In this document: positions 8,297 through 17,281 of the stretch, piece by piece
Position numbering within the stretch: position 1 is the first letter of the stretch
Layout of the letters: the number at the start of each line of letters is the position of its first letter
Assembly: GCA_964505415.1 (NCBI GenBank)
Contig: CAZDHW010000002.1
Span: 45,226-109,225, forward strand
Length of the DNA stretch: 64,000 nt
DNA from: an uncultured bacterium
GTDB lineage: Bacteria > Hydrothermota > Tepidihabitantia > Tepidihabitantales > DTDR01
Direction of reading: 5' to 3'
Program-made: the position numbers and the translations under genes
The notes under the pieces: generated by a model
Told to the model about the DNA's origin: nothing
Database searches by the model: none
The model's input: only the letters and a program-made list of their open reading frames with translations

Positions 8297-9454
8297 ATGA
8301 AAATAAAATTAGGGAAGAGATTTCTGATTGTTTATTTTATTCTTATTTTTTTAATATTAACTGCTATATTTTTTATTATTTCTTCTTTCCTTTTTAAGAA
8401 GTTAGAAGAGGAAATAACTTTGCGTTCACGCATTTTTGCTAAGTACATGTCGAAAGTTCAAGAAGAAGATTTGGAAAGTAGCTCCTATGAATTAGACATA
8501 ATTTTTGAAGAGGTGATTAAAAAAATTGATTTTCCTGTTGTTGTCATTGATGATAAAGGTGAAATTATTGCTTATCGGAATGTTGGTAAAAATCTAACTA
8601 AAGAAATATTAAAAAAGAAACTAGAACAATTAAAAAAAGAAAAACCGCCAATTCCTATTTTGGTTAATATTGGTGATACTACCAAATTTTTAGGTGAAAT
8701 TTATTATGGTCTTTCGCCAACAGCTAGATTTGTTCGTTTTTATCCTTATTATCAAATTTTGATTTTAGTTTTATTTATATTTTTGGGAATTTGGGCAATT
8801 TTTATTTATAAAAAAAGAGAAGAAGAAAAATTATGGACTTTTTTAGCAAAAGAAACTGCCCACCAGATGGCAACGCCCCTTTCTTCACTGATTGGATGGC
8901 TTTTGGCGATTAAAGATAAAATTGAAGAAAAATATTACGAAGAGATGATCTTAGATATTCAAAAAATGGAAATGGTTTTGGAAAGATTCTCGCGTATCGG
9001 TTTACCCCCAAAATTGGAGAATTTACCAATAAAAGAAATTATTGAAAAAGTTTGCGAACATTTTAAAAGAAGATTGCCACCAAATATTCAACTGGTTTTA
9101 GATTTAAAAACCAATCCTTTATTACCTTTAGATGAAGTACTTTTTAATTGGAGTTTAGAAAATCTTCTTAAAAATAGTATTGATGCTATTGGTTCTAATC
9201 CGGGTCGGATTGAAATCAAGGAGAATATTAATGATCGAAATTATGAAATTCAGATCATTGACAATGGCGAAGGGATTGACAAAAAAATTAGAGGCAAAAT
9301 TTTCAAAGCTGGTGTTACCAGTAAAAAATATGGTTGGGGTATTGGTTTATCGTTAGCCAAAAGAATTATTGAGGAATATCACTGCGGAAAATTATTATTA
9401 AGGGAATCAAAGAAAGGAAAAACAGTTTTTTCCATTATTTTAAAGAAAAAATGA
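8297..9454 (+). CDS. sensor histidine kinase (two TM helices, HisKA + HATPase_c); PorY-like partner of the downstream regulator
   Basis: H-box TAHQMATPLSSLIGWL, N-box NLLKNSIDA and G-boxes IDNGEGI / GWGIGLSLAK. Two hydrophobic segments near the N-terminus. Stop overlaps the next start (ATGA). Confidence 0.85.
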   Translation: MKIKLGKRFLIVYFILIFLILTAIFFIISSFLFKKLEEEITLRSRIFAKYMSKVQEEDLESSSYELDIIFEEVIKKIDFPVVVIDDKGEIIAYRNVGKNLTKEILKKKLEQLKKEKPPIPILVNIGDTTKFLGEIYYGLSPTARFVRFYPYYQILILVLFIFLGIWAIFIYKKREEEKLWTFLAKETAHQMATPLSSLIGWLLAIKDKIEEKYYEEMILDIQKMEMVLERFSRIGLPPKLENLPIKEIIEKVCEHFKRRLPPNIQLVLDLKTNPLLPLDEVLFNWSLENLLKNSIDAIGSNPGRIEIKENINDRNYEIQIIDNGEGIDKKIRGKIFKAGVTSKKYGWGIGLSLAKRIIEEYHCGKLLLRESKKGKTVFSIILKKK

Positions 9455-10962
9455 AAATCCTTTGGATTGATGATGAAATTGAACTTTTAAAACCTTTTAT
9501 CTATTTTCTTAAAGAAAAAGGGTACGAAATAAAAGAAGTGAATAATGGCATTGAAGGTTTAAATAAAATAAAAGAAGAAAATTTTGATTTAGTCTTTTTA
9601 GACGAGATGATGCCCGGTTTAGATGGTTTGGAAATTGCTCGGAAGATAAAAAATTATGATCCCAATATTTTTGTAGTGATGGTTACAAAAGTAAGTGACG
9701 AAGATTTCATTGATGAAGCCTATGCCAATTTGGTTGATGATTTTATCCTTAAACCTTTAAATCCAGTCCAGATTTTGGCCGTAATTAAAAGGTTATTAGA
9801 AAAAAAAGAAATCTTTAAAGAAAACTTAGTGCGTGAGTATTTAAAAATTCTTTCCGGAACAAAAGATTTTGAAACTTTTGAAGAATGGTGTGATTTTTAT
9901 CAACAATTGATAAAATGGCGAGAATATCTTAATCGATTTTCTTTAAATGATTTAAAAGAAAGTTACGAAGATATTTTAAAAGAGGGTAATGAAAATTTTG
10001 CTACCTTTATTGAGGAGAATTATTGTGATTGGTTAAAAAATAAAAAAGGGCCAATACTTTCTCACCAATTTTTTGAAAATTTTGTTAAGCCCCATTTGGA
10101 TAAATTGCCTTTATACTGGATAATTTTTGATTCGCTCCGGCTTGATCAGTGGTATTTTCTTTATAACATTTTGAAAGAACATTTTTTAATAAAACAGAAT
10201 TTTTATTGTTCGATTCTTCCTTCAGCAACACCTTATGCTCGTAATGCTTTGTTAAGCGGTTTAACACCGAAAAAAATTTTTGAATATTATCCAGAATATT
10301 GGGTATTTACTGATGTTGGACAAAATCGCTACGAAGAACAGCTTTTTCAAAAACTCTTAGCTAGAGAAAGAATTTCTTTAAAATATTTTTATTTAAAAAT
10401 TATAAGGATGGAAGACCTAATTGAGAAATTTGACTATCTTCTAAAGCCTGACGTTGGGATTGTGATAGTCATCATAAATTTTTTAGATTTTCTTATCCAT
10501 TCAGCTCGGGAAACTTTGTTTATTAAAGAAATTGCTGAAAATGAAGATTCTTTGTTAGAATTTACTAAAATCTGGTTTAACTCTTCTTTAATTTTTCAAT
10601 TTTTAAAAAAACTTAAAGAGAACGAGAGAAAAATAATTATTACTTCCGATCACGGATTTATTAAAGTGAAAAGGCCGACAATTATTTATGGAGGGCGAGA
10701 GATTTCGCCTAATCTTCGTTACAAATCAGGCGGTGGAATAACCATTGATAAAAAAGCTGCCTGGCTTTTAGAACCGAAGGAATTAGAATTGCCACAAGAA
10801 TTTTTGGGTGAAAAATACGCCATTTGTAAAAGCGATTATTATTTTATTTATCCTACCAAACCTAAAGAATATGAAAAAATTTATAAATTGACTTATCAAC
10901 ATGGAGGTATTTCACTTCAGGAAATGATTTTACCGGTAGGAATTTTATACCCCCTTGATTAA
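9451..10962 (+). CDS. response regulator with CheY-like receiver fused to a PglZ/alkaline-phosphatase-like effector domain (PorX-like)
   Basis: Receiver region MKILWIDDEIELL...DLVFLDEMMPGLDGLE...VVMVTK. C-terminal AP-superfamily motifs IIFDSLRLDQW, IIITSDHGF and YQHGGISLQEMILP as in PglZ. 503 aa, against roughly 518 aa recalled for PorX of P. gingivalis. Confidence 0.7.
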   Translation: MKILWIDDEIELLKPFIYFLKEKGYEIKEVNNGIEGLNKIKEENFDLVFLDEMMPGLDGLEIARKIKNYDPNIFVVMVTKVSDEDFIDEAYANLVDDFILKPLNPVQILAVIKRLLEKKEIFKENLVREYLKILSGTKDFETFEEWCDFYQQLIKWREYLNRFSLNDLKESYEDILKEGNENFATFIEENYCDWLKNKKGPILSHQFFENFVKPHLDKLPLYWIIFDSLRLDQWYFLYNILKEHFLIKQNFYCSILPSATPYARNALLSGLTPKKIFEYYPEYWVFTDVGQNRYEEQLFQKLLARERISLKYFYLKIIRMEDLIEKFDYLLKPDVGIVIVIINFLDFLIHSARETLFIKEIAENEDSLLEFTKIWFNSSLIFQFLKKLKENERKIIITSDHGFIKVKRPTIIYGGREISPNLRYKSGGGITIDKKAAWLLEPKELELPQEFLGEKYAICKSDYYFIYPTKPKEYEKIYKLTYQHGGISLQEMILPVGILYPLD

Positions 10963-10990
10963 ATTTATAAATTTATTTATAATAAATTTA

Positions 10991-11500
10991 ATGCCTGAAT
11001 TTACTTTTTTAGAAATTTTAAAAAAAGAACATTTTTTGATTGAAAGGGCATTACGAACCATGACTCTTTTGATAGTCAAAGACCAGTATTTAGAAAGAGA
11101 ATTTCAATTGGTTTACCAGATAATAAAAGATTTTGTAGAAGATAATCATTGTGCCAAAGAAGAAGAGATTTTATTTCCATTAATAAGAGAATACGAAATT
11201 GATGCCCAATTGGTGATGGTTAATGAGTCAGAAAAAAGAAAAGAAATTATTGAAACCTTGGAAAAAGGATTAAAAGATTTGGATAAAGAGAAATTTTTGG
11301 TAGGTTTACAAGATTTTATAGAAATTTTTGCTCGTCATATTTTTAAGGAAGAGGGTCTTATTTTTCCTGCCTGCGAAGCTCTTTTACCATCGGATATTAA
11401 TGAAAAAATTGTTAAAGATTTTAAAGAATATGAAAGAGATAACAGGGATTATGATTATTTTCTAAAAATCGTTGAAGATTTAGAAAAGATTATTTTCTAA
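10991..11500 (+). CDS. hemerythrin-like (HHE cation-binding) domain protein
   Basis: Two H..KEE..(L/I)FP motifs ([22 protein letters not shown]). ATG at 10991 is preferred over the upstream TTG, which would overlap the regulator's stop. Confidence 0.6.
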   Translation: MPEFTFLEILKKEHFLIERALRTMTLLIVKDQYLEREFQLVYQIIKDFVEDNHCAKEEEILFPLIREYEIDAQLVMVNESEKRKEIIETLEKGLKDLDKEKFLVGLQDFIEIFARHIFKEEGLIFPACEALLPSDINEKIVKDFKEYERDNRDYDYFLKIVEDLEKIIF

Positions 11501-11501
11501 A

Positions 11502-14339
11502 ATGACTGAAAACAATTATATTTTTATTAAAGGTGCTCGGGAACATAATTTGAAAAATCTTACTTTGAAAATTCCACGTAACAAAATGGTAGTAATTACA
11601 GGGATTTCTGGTTCAGGTAAGTCTTCTTTGGCTTTCGATACTATTTATGCTGAAGGTCAAAGAAGGTATATTGAATCACTTTCTTCTTACGCTCGGCAGT
11701 TTTTAGGAGTATTAGAAAAACCAGATGTTGATTATATTGAGGGGCTTTCGCCCGCAATTGCCATTGAGCAGCGGACAGCAGCTAAAAATCCTCGTTCAAC
11801 TGTTGGTACCGTAACGGAAATTTATGATTATTTACGGGTTCTTTTTGCTCGTTTAGGAAAACCTTTCTGCCCATATTGTAATAAAGAAATTGCTTCTCAA
11901 ACATTAGACCAAATAATCGACCAAATCTCTTCTTATCCGGAAAATACTAAATTAATAATATTGGCACCTGTTGTTAGGGGAAGAAAAGGTGAATATCAAA
12001 CTCTTTTGGAAAAAATAAAAAAAAGGGGTTTTTTAAGGGTAAGAGTGGATGGAAAAATTTATGAGATTTCGGAAGTTAAAAATTTAGAAAAATATAAAAA
12101 ACATAATATTGAAATTCTTATCGATCGGTTAGTTTTATTAGAAGAAAATAAAAAACGATTGGCTGATTCGATAGAATTAGCATTAAAAGAGGGGCAAGGC
12201 TTATGTGTAGTGATTTTTGATGAGAAAGAGGAAAAAATTTTTTCTGAAAAGTTTGCCTGTGTCGATTGTGGTTTTTCTTATGAAGAAATTTCTCCCCGGC
12301 TTTTCTCTTTTAATTCACCTTACGGTGCTTGTTCAGCATGTCACGGCTTAGGGACAAAAATGGAAATTGATCCTGAAAGATTAATTGTTGACCCAAAGCT
12401 TTCCATTAATGAAGGAGTAATTGAAGTTTGGGGAGAGCCCAAAGGCCGTTGGTTTACTTCGGTTTTAAAAGCTTTGGCAAAAAATTATGGTTTTTCTTTA
12501 AATACTCCGTGGGAAAAACTGCCCAAGAAGGTGAAGGAGATAATTCTGTATGGTAGCAATGAAGAAATTTTGGTGGAGCACGAAAGATGGGACGGTACTC
12601 ACTACAAATTTTATGAAGAGTTTGAAGGGGTTATTCCCCATTTAATGCGAATTTATCAAACTACCGAATCAGAAAGTACCCGGGAATGGATCGAGAGATA
12701 TATGTCAATTTTACCTTGTCCCGAATGCGGTGGAGCACGCCTTAAAAAAGAGGCACTCTCAGTTAAAATTAACGGTTATTCTATTTATGACATTTGTAGA
12801 TTATCTATTAGAGAATGTTATCAATTTTTTGATAATTTAAAATTAAATGAACAAGAAAAAAAGATTGCTCAGGAATTAATTAATGAAATTAAAAAAAGAT
12901 TAAACTTTTTGATTGAAGTAGGTGTTGATTATTTAACTTTAGAAAGAAGAACTGATACCTTAGGAGGTGGTGAAGAACAACGAGTGCGGTTAGCAACGCA
13001 AATTGGCTCAGGTTTAGTTGGCGTAACTTATATTTTAGATGAACCCAGTATTGGCTTACATATGCGAGATAACCATAAGCTAATTCAGACATTATTAAGA
13101 TTAAGAGATTTAGGAAATACAGTTATAGTGGTGGAACATGATCGGGATACAATTTTAGCTAGCGACTATGTAATTGATTTAGGTCCGGGAGCTGGAGAAA
13201 AAGGTGGATATATTGTGGCTACTGGTACACCGGAAGAAATTATGAATAATCCCAACTCCTTAACCGGTGCCTATTTAAGTGGTAAGAGAGAAATTCCTTT
13301 ACCTGAAAAGAGAAGGAAAGGAAACGGTAAGTTTTTAATAGTGAAAGGTTGTTCGGAAAATAATTTAAAAAATATTGATGTTACAATTCCTTTAGGCATG
13401 TTTGTCTGTCTTACTGGTGTTTCCGGTTCGGGAAAAAGTACTTTTATGAATGATATCCTTTACAAAGCCTTAGCCGAAAAATTTTATGGTTCAAGAGAAA
13501 AACCCGGCAAATTTAAAGAAATTATTGGTTGGGAAGAAATTGATAAAGTGGTAAATATCGATCAGTCACCTATTGGTCGAACCCCTCGGTCTAATCCGGC
13601 AACTTATACTAACGTTTTTACACCAATAAGAGAACTTTTTGCTCAAACCAAAGAAGCCAAGATGAGAGGTTATTCTCCAGGAAGATTTTCTTTTAATGTT
13701 CGCGGTGGTCGTTGTGAAAACTGTGGTGGCGATGGAATTAAAAAAATTGAAATGCATTTTTTGCCAGATGTATACGTGACTTGTGAAGTTTGTAAAGGGA
13801 AAAGATATAATCGGGAAACTTTAGAAATAAGATATAAAGGAAAAAATATTTATGATGTTTTGGAAATGACTGTAAATGAGGCTTTAGAATTTTTCTATAA
13901 TATTCCAGCAATAAGAAGAAAATTAGAGATGTTGCGGGACGTAGGATTAGGTTACATAAAATTAGGACAGCCAGCCACTACTTTGTCTGGTGGCGAAGCT
14001 CAAAGGGTTAAATTAGCAAGAGAATTATCAAAAATTGGTACCGGAAAAACTTTATATCTATTAGATGAACCAACTACGGGTCTTCATTTTGAAGATATTC
14101 GATTATTGTTAATTGTTCTTAATCGGTTGGTGGATAAAGGTAACACAGTACTTGTTATTGAGCATAATTTGGATGTGATAAAATGTGCCGATTGGATAAT
14201 TGATTTAGGACCAGAAGGAGGCGAAAATGGTGGTTATATTGTTGCTTGTGGTACGCCCGAGGAAATTGCTCGCTGTGAAAAATCCTATACTGGAAAATTT
14301 TTAAGAGAAGTATTAAGAAGACACGGAATTCAATTCTAA
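11502..14339 (+). CDS. uvrA: excinuclease ABC subunit A
   Basis: 945 aa with two ABC ATPase modules ([19 protein letters not shown]; LSGGE signature twice) and zinc-finger CxxC pairs. Confidence 0.97.
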   Translation: MTENNYIFIKGAREHNLKNLTLKIPRNKMVVITGISGSGKSSLAFDTIYAEGQRRYIESLSSYARQFLGVLEKPDVDYIEGLSPAIAIEQRTAAKNPRSTVGTVTEIYDYLRVLFARLGKPFCPYCNKEIASQTLDQIIDQISSYPENTKLIILAPVVRGRKGEYQTLLEKIKKRGFLRVRVDGKIYEISEVKNLEKYKKHNIEILIDRLVLLEENKKRLADSIELALKEGQGLCVVIFDEKEEKIFSEKFACVDCGFSYEEISPRLFSFNSPYGACSACHGLGTKMEIDPERLIVDPKLSINEGVIEVWGEPKGRWFTSVLKALAKNYGFSLNTPWEKLPKKVKEIILYGSNEEILVEHERWDGTHYKFYEEFEGVIPHLMRIYQTTESESTREWIERYMSILPCPECGGARLKKEALSVKINGYSIYDICRLSIRECYQFFDNLKLNEQEKKIAQELINEIKKRLNFLIEVGVDYLTLERRTDTLGGGEEQRVRLATQIGSGLVGVTYILDEPSIGLHMRDNHKLIQTLLRLRDLGNTVIVVEHDRDTILASDYVIDLGPGAGEKGGYIVATGTPEEIMNNPNSLTGAYLSGKREIPLPEKRRKGNGKFLIVKGCSENNLKNIDVTIPLGMFVCLTGVSGSGKSTFMNDILYKALAEKFYGSREKPGKFKEIIGWEEIDKVVNIDQSPIGRTPRSNPATYTNVFTPIRELFAQTKEAKMRGYSPGRFSFNVRGGRCENCGGDGIKKIEMHFLPDVYVTCEVCKGKRYNRETLEIRYKGKNIYDVLEMTVNEALEFFYNIPAIRRKLEMLRDVGLGYIKLGQPATTLSGGEAQRVKLARELSKIGTGKTLYLLDEPTTGLHFEDIRLLLIVLNRLVDKGNTVLVIEHNLDVIKCADWIIDLGPEGGENGGYIVACGTPEEIARCEKSYTGKFLREVLRRHGIQF

Positions 14340-15116
14340 ATTTTTCTCACAAATTCGTTCAATTCTTTTGGCTTTATAAGTAGCGGAATCAATTTCAACA
14401 ATTACTCCCTCTACTTTTAAATTGGTATTTGCTGGGATAAGACGATAATTGATTCCGTAAAGTAATCTTTTTAAAGAGTCTTCGATCTCCATACCTAAAA
14501 TAGAGTCATGGGCACCGCACATTCCAACATCAGTTATATAAGCAGTGCCCTTAGGCAAAATTTGTTCATCGGCCGTAGGGATATGGGTATGGGTTCCTAA
14601 GACGGCGCTTACTTTTCCATCTAAAAAATATCCCATAGCTTTTTTTTCAGCAGTGGCTTCTGCATGAAAATCAACAATAATAATTTTTTTGTTATTAATT
14701 TTGATTAATTCTTCGTCAATTCGGCGAAAAGGACAATCTAGGGGTTTCATAAAAACTCTGCCGATAAGATTTATGATAATAACTAACTGATTATTTTTTT
14801 CTAGAATACATATTCCTTTTCCTGGGGCTTCTGGAGGATAATTGAGCGGTCGAATAATACGGTTTTCTTTTTCTAAATAATTAATAATCTCTTTGCGATC
14901 AAAAGCATGGTCACCTAAAGTAATGCAATCTATCCCCAAAGATAAAAAATCTTCAACAATTTGAGGAGTAATTCCAAAACCTCCCGCAGCATTTTCGCCA
15001 TTCACAATGATAACATCGGGTTTGTATCTTTCTTTTAAAAATTTTACTCCTTTCACCAATGCTTTCCTCCCGGATTCTCCACACACATCACCCAAAAAAA
15101 GAATTTTATAATTCAT
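14313..15116 (-). CDS. ymdB: YmdB-family metallophosphoesterase (2',3'-cyclic-nucleotide phosphodiesterase-like, TIGR00282)
   Basis: [20 protein letters not shown]... with GENAAGG and GTHTH motifs. Lies directly downstream of rny, as in B. subtilis. Confidence 0.85.
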   Translation of the reverse strand: MNYKILFLGDVCGESGRKALVKGVKFLKERYKPDVIIVNGENAAGGFGITPQIVEDFLSLGIDCITLGDHAFDRKEIINYLEKENRIIRPLNYPPEAPGKGICILEKNNQLVIIINLIGRVFMKPLDCPFRRIDEELIKINNKKIIIVDFHAEATAEKKAMGYFLDGKVSAVLGTHTHIPTADEQILPKGTAYITDVGMCGAHDSILGMEIEDSLKRLLYGINYRLIPANTNLKVEGVIVEIDSATYKAKRIERICEKNLELNSVSS

Positions 15117-16626
15117 AAATTAAATTTATTTTGATTTCTCCTAATAGATTTAGTTCGTTTCTTATTTTTTGCTGTAAATCTTTTATTAAAAATTGACCTT
15201 CTTTTTCATCTAATTTGTTGGTTTTCAGCAACACTCGAATTTCTCTTCCTAATTGAAAAGCATAAGCTTTTTTTACTAATTGGTGCTCTTCGCAAAGTTC
15301 TTCAATTTTAATTAATTTCTTAAAAATTTCATCAAAATCAATTGCTTTACCAGCACCGTAAATATGAGAAATTGAATTAGCTAAGGAAACAACGTAACAT
15401 TCGGGATAAGGAAAATTATCAGTTTGGTGATGATGGGCAATTGCTTCAATCACAATATTATTCTCTTCAAATGTTTTCACAAAATTAGCACCGATTGTCT
15501 GGTGAGGTAAATTCTCTTGATTAGGAAGGATTTTACCAATGTCGTGTAAAATACCAGCCCGGATTACATTGAGAGGATTAATTTCTAAATTAATTGCTAA
15601 ATTTTTTCCAATAATGGCTACTTCTTTAGAGTGAAATAAGAGGTTTTGTCCGTAAGTAACAAAAAAATTCATTTCACCAATAGTTTTTATAAGTTCTTGA
15701 GCAAAATTTTCAATACCTAATTCTTTACACACTGTTAAACCGATTTGAAAACTTTTTTCTTCAAAATCTTTTAATACTTTTTGGTAAGCTTTTTCAATAA
15801 TTTCAGTAGAAATTTCTTTTTCATTTATTATTTCTTTTATCAATAATTCCGCCAGAGCCCTTCTTTTAGGATGAAAAGAAAAGATGCATATTTTTTGGGG
15901 CGTATCATCAATTATTATTTCGGCACCTGTAAGATTTTCAATTAAATGAATATTTCTCCCTTTCCGACCGATCAATTTTCCCTTTAATTCGTCATTGGGT
16001 ATTGTTAAAAAAGATACTGAATGTTCTTTAGCTACCGGTAGAGCTGTTTTTTGGCAGGCTTCCAAAATTATTTTTTGAGCAAGGATCTGAACTTCATTTT
16101 TTGCCTTTTCTTTAATTTTTTTTAATTCTTCAAAGTGTTCGTTCCAAACCTCTTTTTCTAAACTTCTTTTTAACTCTTCTTTTAGTTCTTCAATCTTTAA
16201 ATTAGGGATTTTGGTAATTCGAGTGTGATATTCATTTATTAATTTGTCTAAATAATCAATCTTTATTTTATAAATCTTTTCGGTTGTTAAAAGTTCATTT
16301 TCTTTCTTTTGAAGTTGGGATAAATAAAAATAATATTCTTTTTCTTTTTGTTTATAGGTATCAGCAAGTTTTTCTAATTCTTTGTTTTTCTCTTTGAGTT
16401 TTGCTTCATATTCTTGTAAAATTTTGATTTTCTCTTTTTCCAGCTCTTTTCTTAACTCTTCAATCAATTTTAATTTTTCTTTTTCTTTTTCTTCTTTAAT
16501 TTTTTTTTGGTATTCATTAAACTTTCTAACTTCTTCTTCATATTTTTTTTGCCAAAAATTCTTTGTGATTAAATAAGTGGTTAAAAAACATAAAACCAAT
16601 AATAAAACTCCATAAATAACACCCAT
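15106..16626 (-). CDS. rny: ribonuclease Y
   Basis: N-terminal TM helix, long coiled-coil, KH domain (LIGRKGRNIHLIENLTGAEIIIDD) and HD domain (GILHDIGK). Confidence 0.9.
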   Translation of the reverse strand: MGVIYGVLLLVLCFLTTYLITKNFWQKKYEEEVRKFNEYQKKIKEEKEKEKLKLIEELRKELEKEKIKILQEYEAKLKEKNKELEKLADTYKQKEKEYYFYLSQLQKKENELLTTEKIYKIKIDYLDKLINEYHTRITKIPNLKIEELKEELKRSLEKEVWNEHFEELKKIKEKAKNEVQILAQKIILEACQKTALPVAKEHSVSFLTIPNDELKGKLIGRKGRNIHLIENLTGAEIIIDDTPQKICIFSFHPKRRALAELLIKEIINEKEISTEIIEKAYQKVLKDFEEKSFQIGLTVCKELGIENFAQELIKTIGEMNFFVTYGQNLLFHSKEVAIIGKNLAINLEINPLNVIRAGILHDIGKILPNQENLPHQTIGANFVKTFEENNIVIEAIAHHHQTDNFPYPECYVVSLANSISHIYGAGKAIDFDEIFKKLIKIEELCEEHQLVKKAYAFQLGREIRVLLKTNKLDEKEGQFLIKDLQQKIRNELNLLGEIKINLIYEL

Positions 16627-16649
16627 AGTTTCCCCTTTTTAAAATTGAA

Positions 16650-16823
16650 GGCTCCCCGTAGTATCGTGTTGGCGATGGTCTCTGAACCCTAAAAAAACTA
16701 TGGCGTCCTAAGGTGGGTCCTATCTTTGGAGGTCACCCTCCCGATAGTAAGCACCATCGGACATCCATCATTTAGGTGTTGGCTCAAGACCATTTTTACC
16801 AATCACGAATACTACCGGGAGCC
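16650..16823 (-). ncRNA. structured rod-like ncRNA, best guess 6S RNA (SsrS)-like; SRP RNA is the alternative
   Basis: About 174-nt GC-rich island between zapA and rny with no ORF. The 5' GGCUCCCGGUAGUAUUCGUG pairs with the 3' CACGAUACUACGGGGAGCC. Nested internal stems GGUCUUGAGCC/GGUUCAGAGACC (one G-U, supports the minus strand), CUAUC/GAUAG, and an apical GGGAGG-GUGA-CCUCC GNRA hairpin. Its 5' end overlaps the last 4 codons of zapA. Confidence 0.45.
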
Positions 16824-17087
16824 TTTATTATTTACCAATTTTTCAATGAGCATGTCTAATTTTTCTTTTAAAAAATTTTCTTGTTTTTCTTGACTATCCA
16901 ACAGTTCCTCAATAAGATTAAGAGAACCAAAAAGAATTAATTCGCTAAAATCTAAATAAGGAAATTTTTCTTTAAATTCTTTTACTTTATTCTCTAAAAG
17001 ACCAAACAATTTTTTTAAATATTCTTCATCACGGTCGCTTTTTACTTCATAAGTTCGTTCCAAAAATTTGATTTGGAAGCTTTTCAT
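16812..17087 (-). CDS. zapA: cell division protein ZapA-like
   Basis: 91 aa; N-terminal beta region (FQIKFLERTYEVKSDRDEEYLKKL) followed by a coiled-coil, ZapA-like in size and pattern. Confidence 0.55.
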   Translation of the reverse strand: MKSFQIKFLERTYEVKSDRDEEYLKKLFGLLENKVKEFKEKFPYLDFSELILFGSLNLIEELLDSQEKQENFLKEKLDMLIEKLVNNKGSR

Positions 17088-17281
17088 ATTTTAAGTTTAC
17101 CGAAACTTTTCAATTTTTCAATAAGAAATTTTACTTTTTTCAAACTTTTTTCTATTTTTTCTTGATAATGAGCCAATTCTTTTTTTAAAATGTCGTTTTC
17201 TTCTTTTAAAGATTTATTTTCGTGTAAAATTTTTTCTATTGATTCTTCCAAAATTTTTAACCGCTTTTCAATTTCATTCAT
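17084..17281 (-). CDS. small coiled-coil protein (ZapB-like?), hypothetical
   Basis: 65 aa, entirely heptad-like (LKEENDILKKELAHYQEKIEK). Translationally coupled between pheT and zapA. Confidence 0.4.
   Translation of the reverse strand: MNEIEKRLKILEESIEKILHENKSLKEENDILKKELAHYQEKIEKSLKKVKFLIEKLKSFGKLKI

Noticed and set aside
9451-10962. PglZ domain as evidence of a BREX phage-defence system.
   Set aside because: There are no PglX methyltransferase, BrxC ATPase, BrxA/B or BrxL genes nearby. The PglZ domain is fused to a receiver domain and coupled to a histidine kinase, which matches the PorX architecture instead.
16650-16823. Interpreting the structured RNA as RNase P RNA, tmRNA or a riboswitch.
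   Set aside because: At ~174 nt it is too short for RNase P (about 350 nt) or tmRNA (no tRNA-like GGGG...ACCA ends). It is a single extended hairpin rather than a multi-helix junction and lies downstream of a gene rather than in a 5' leader. SRP RNA remains a live alternative.
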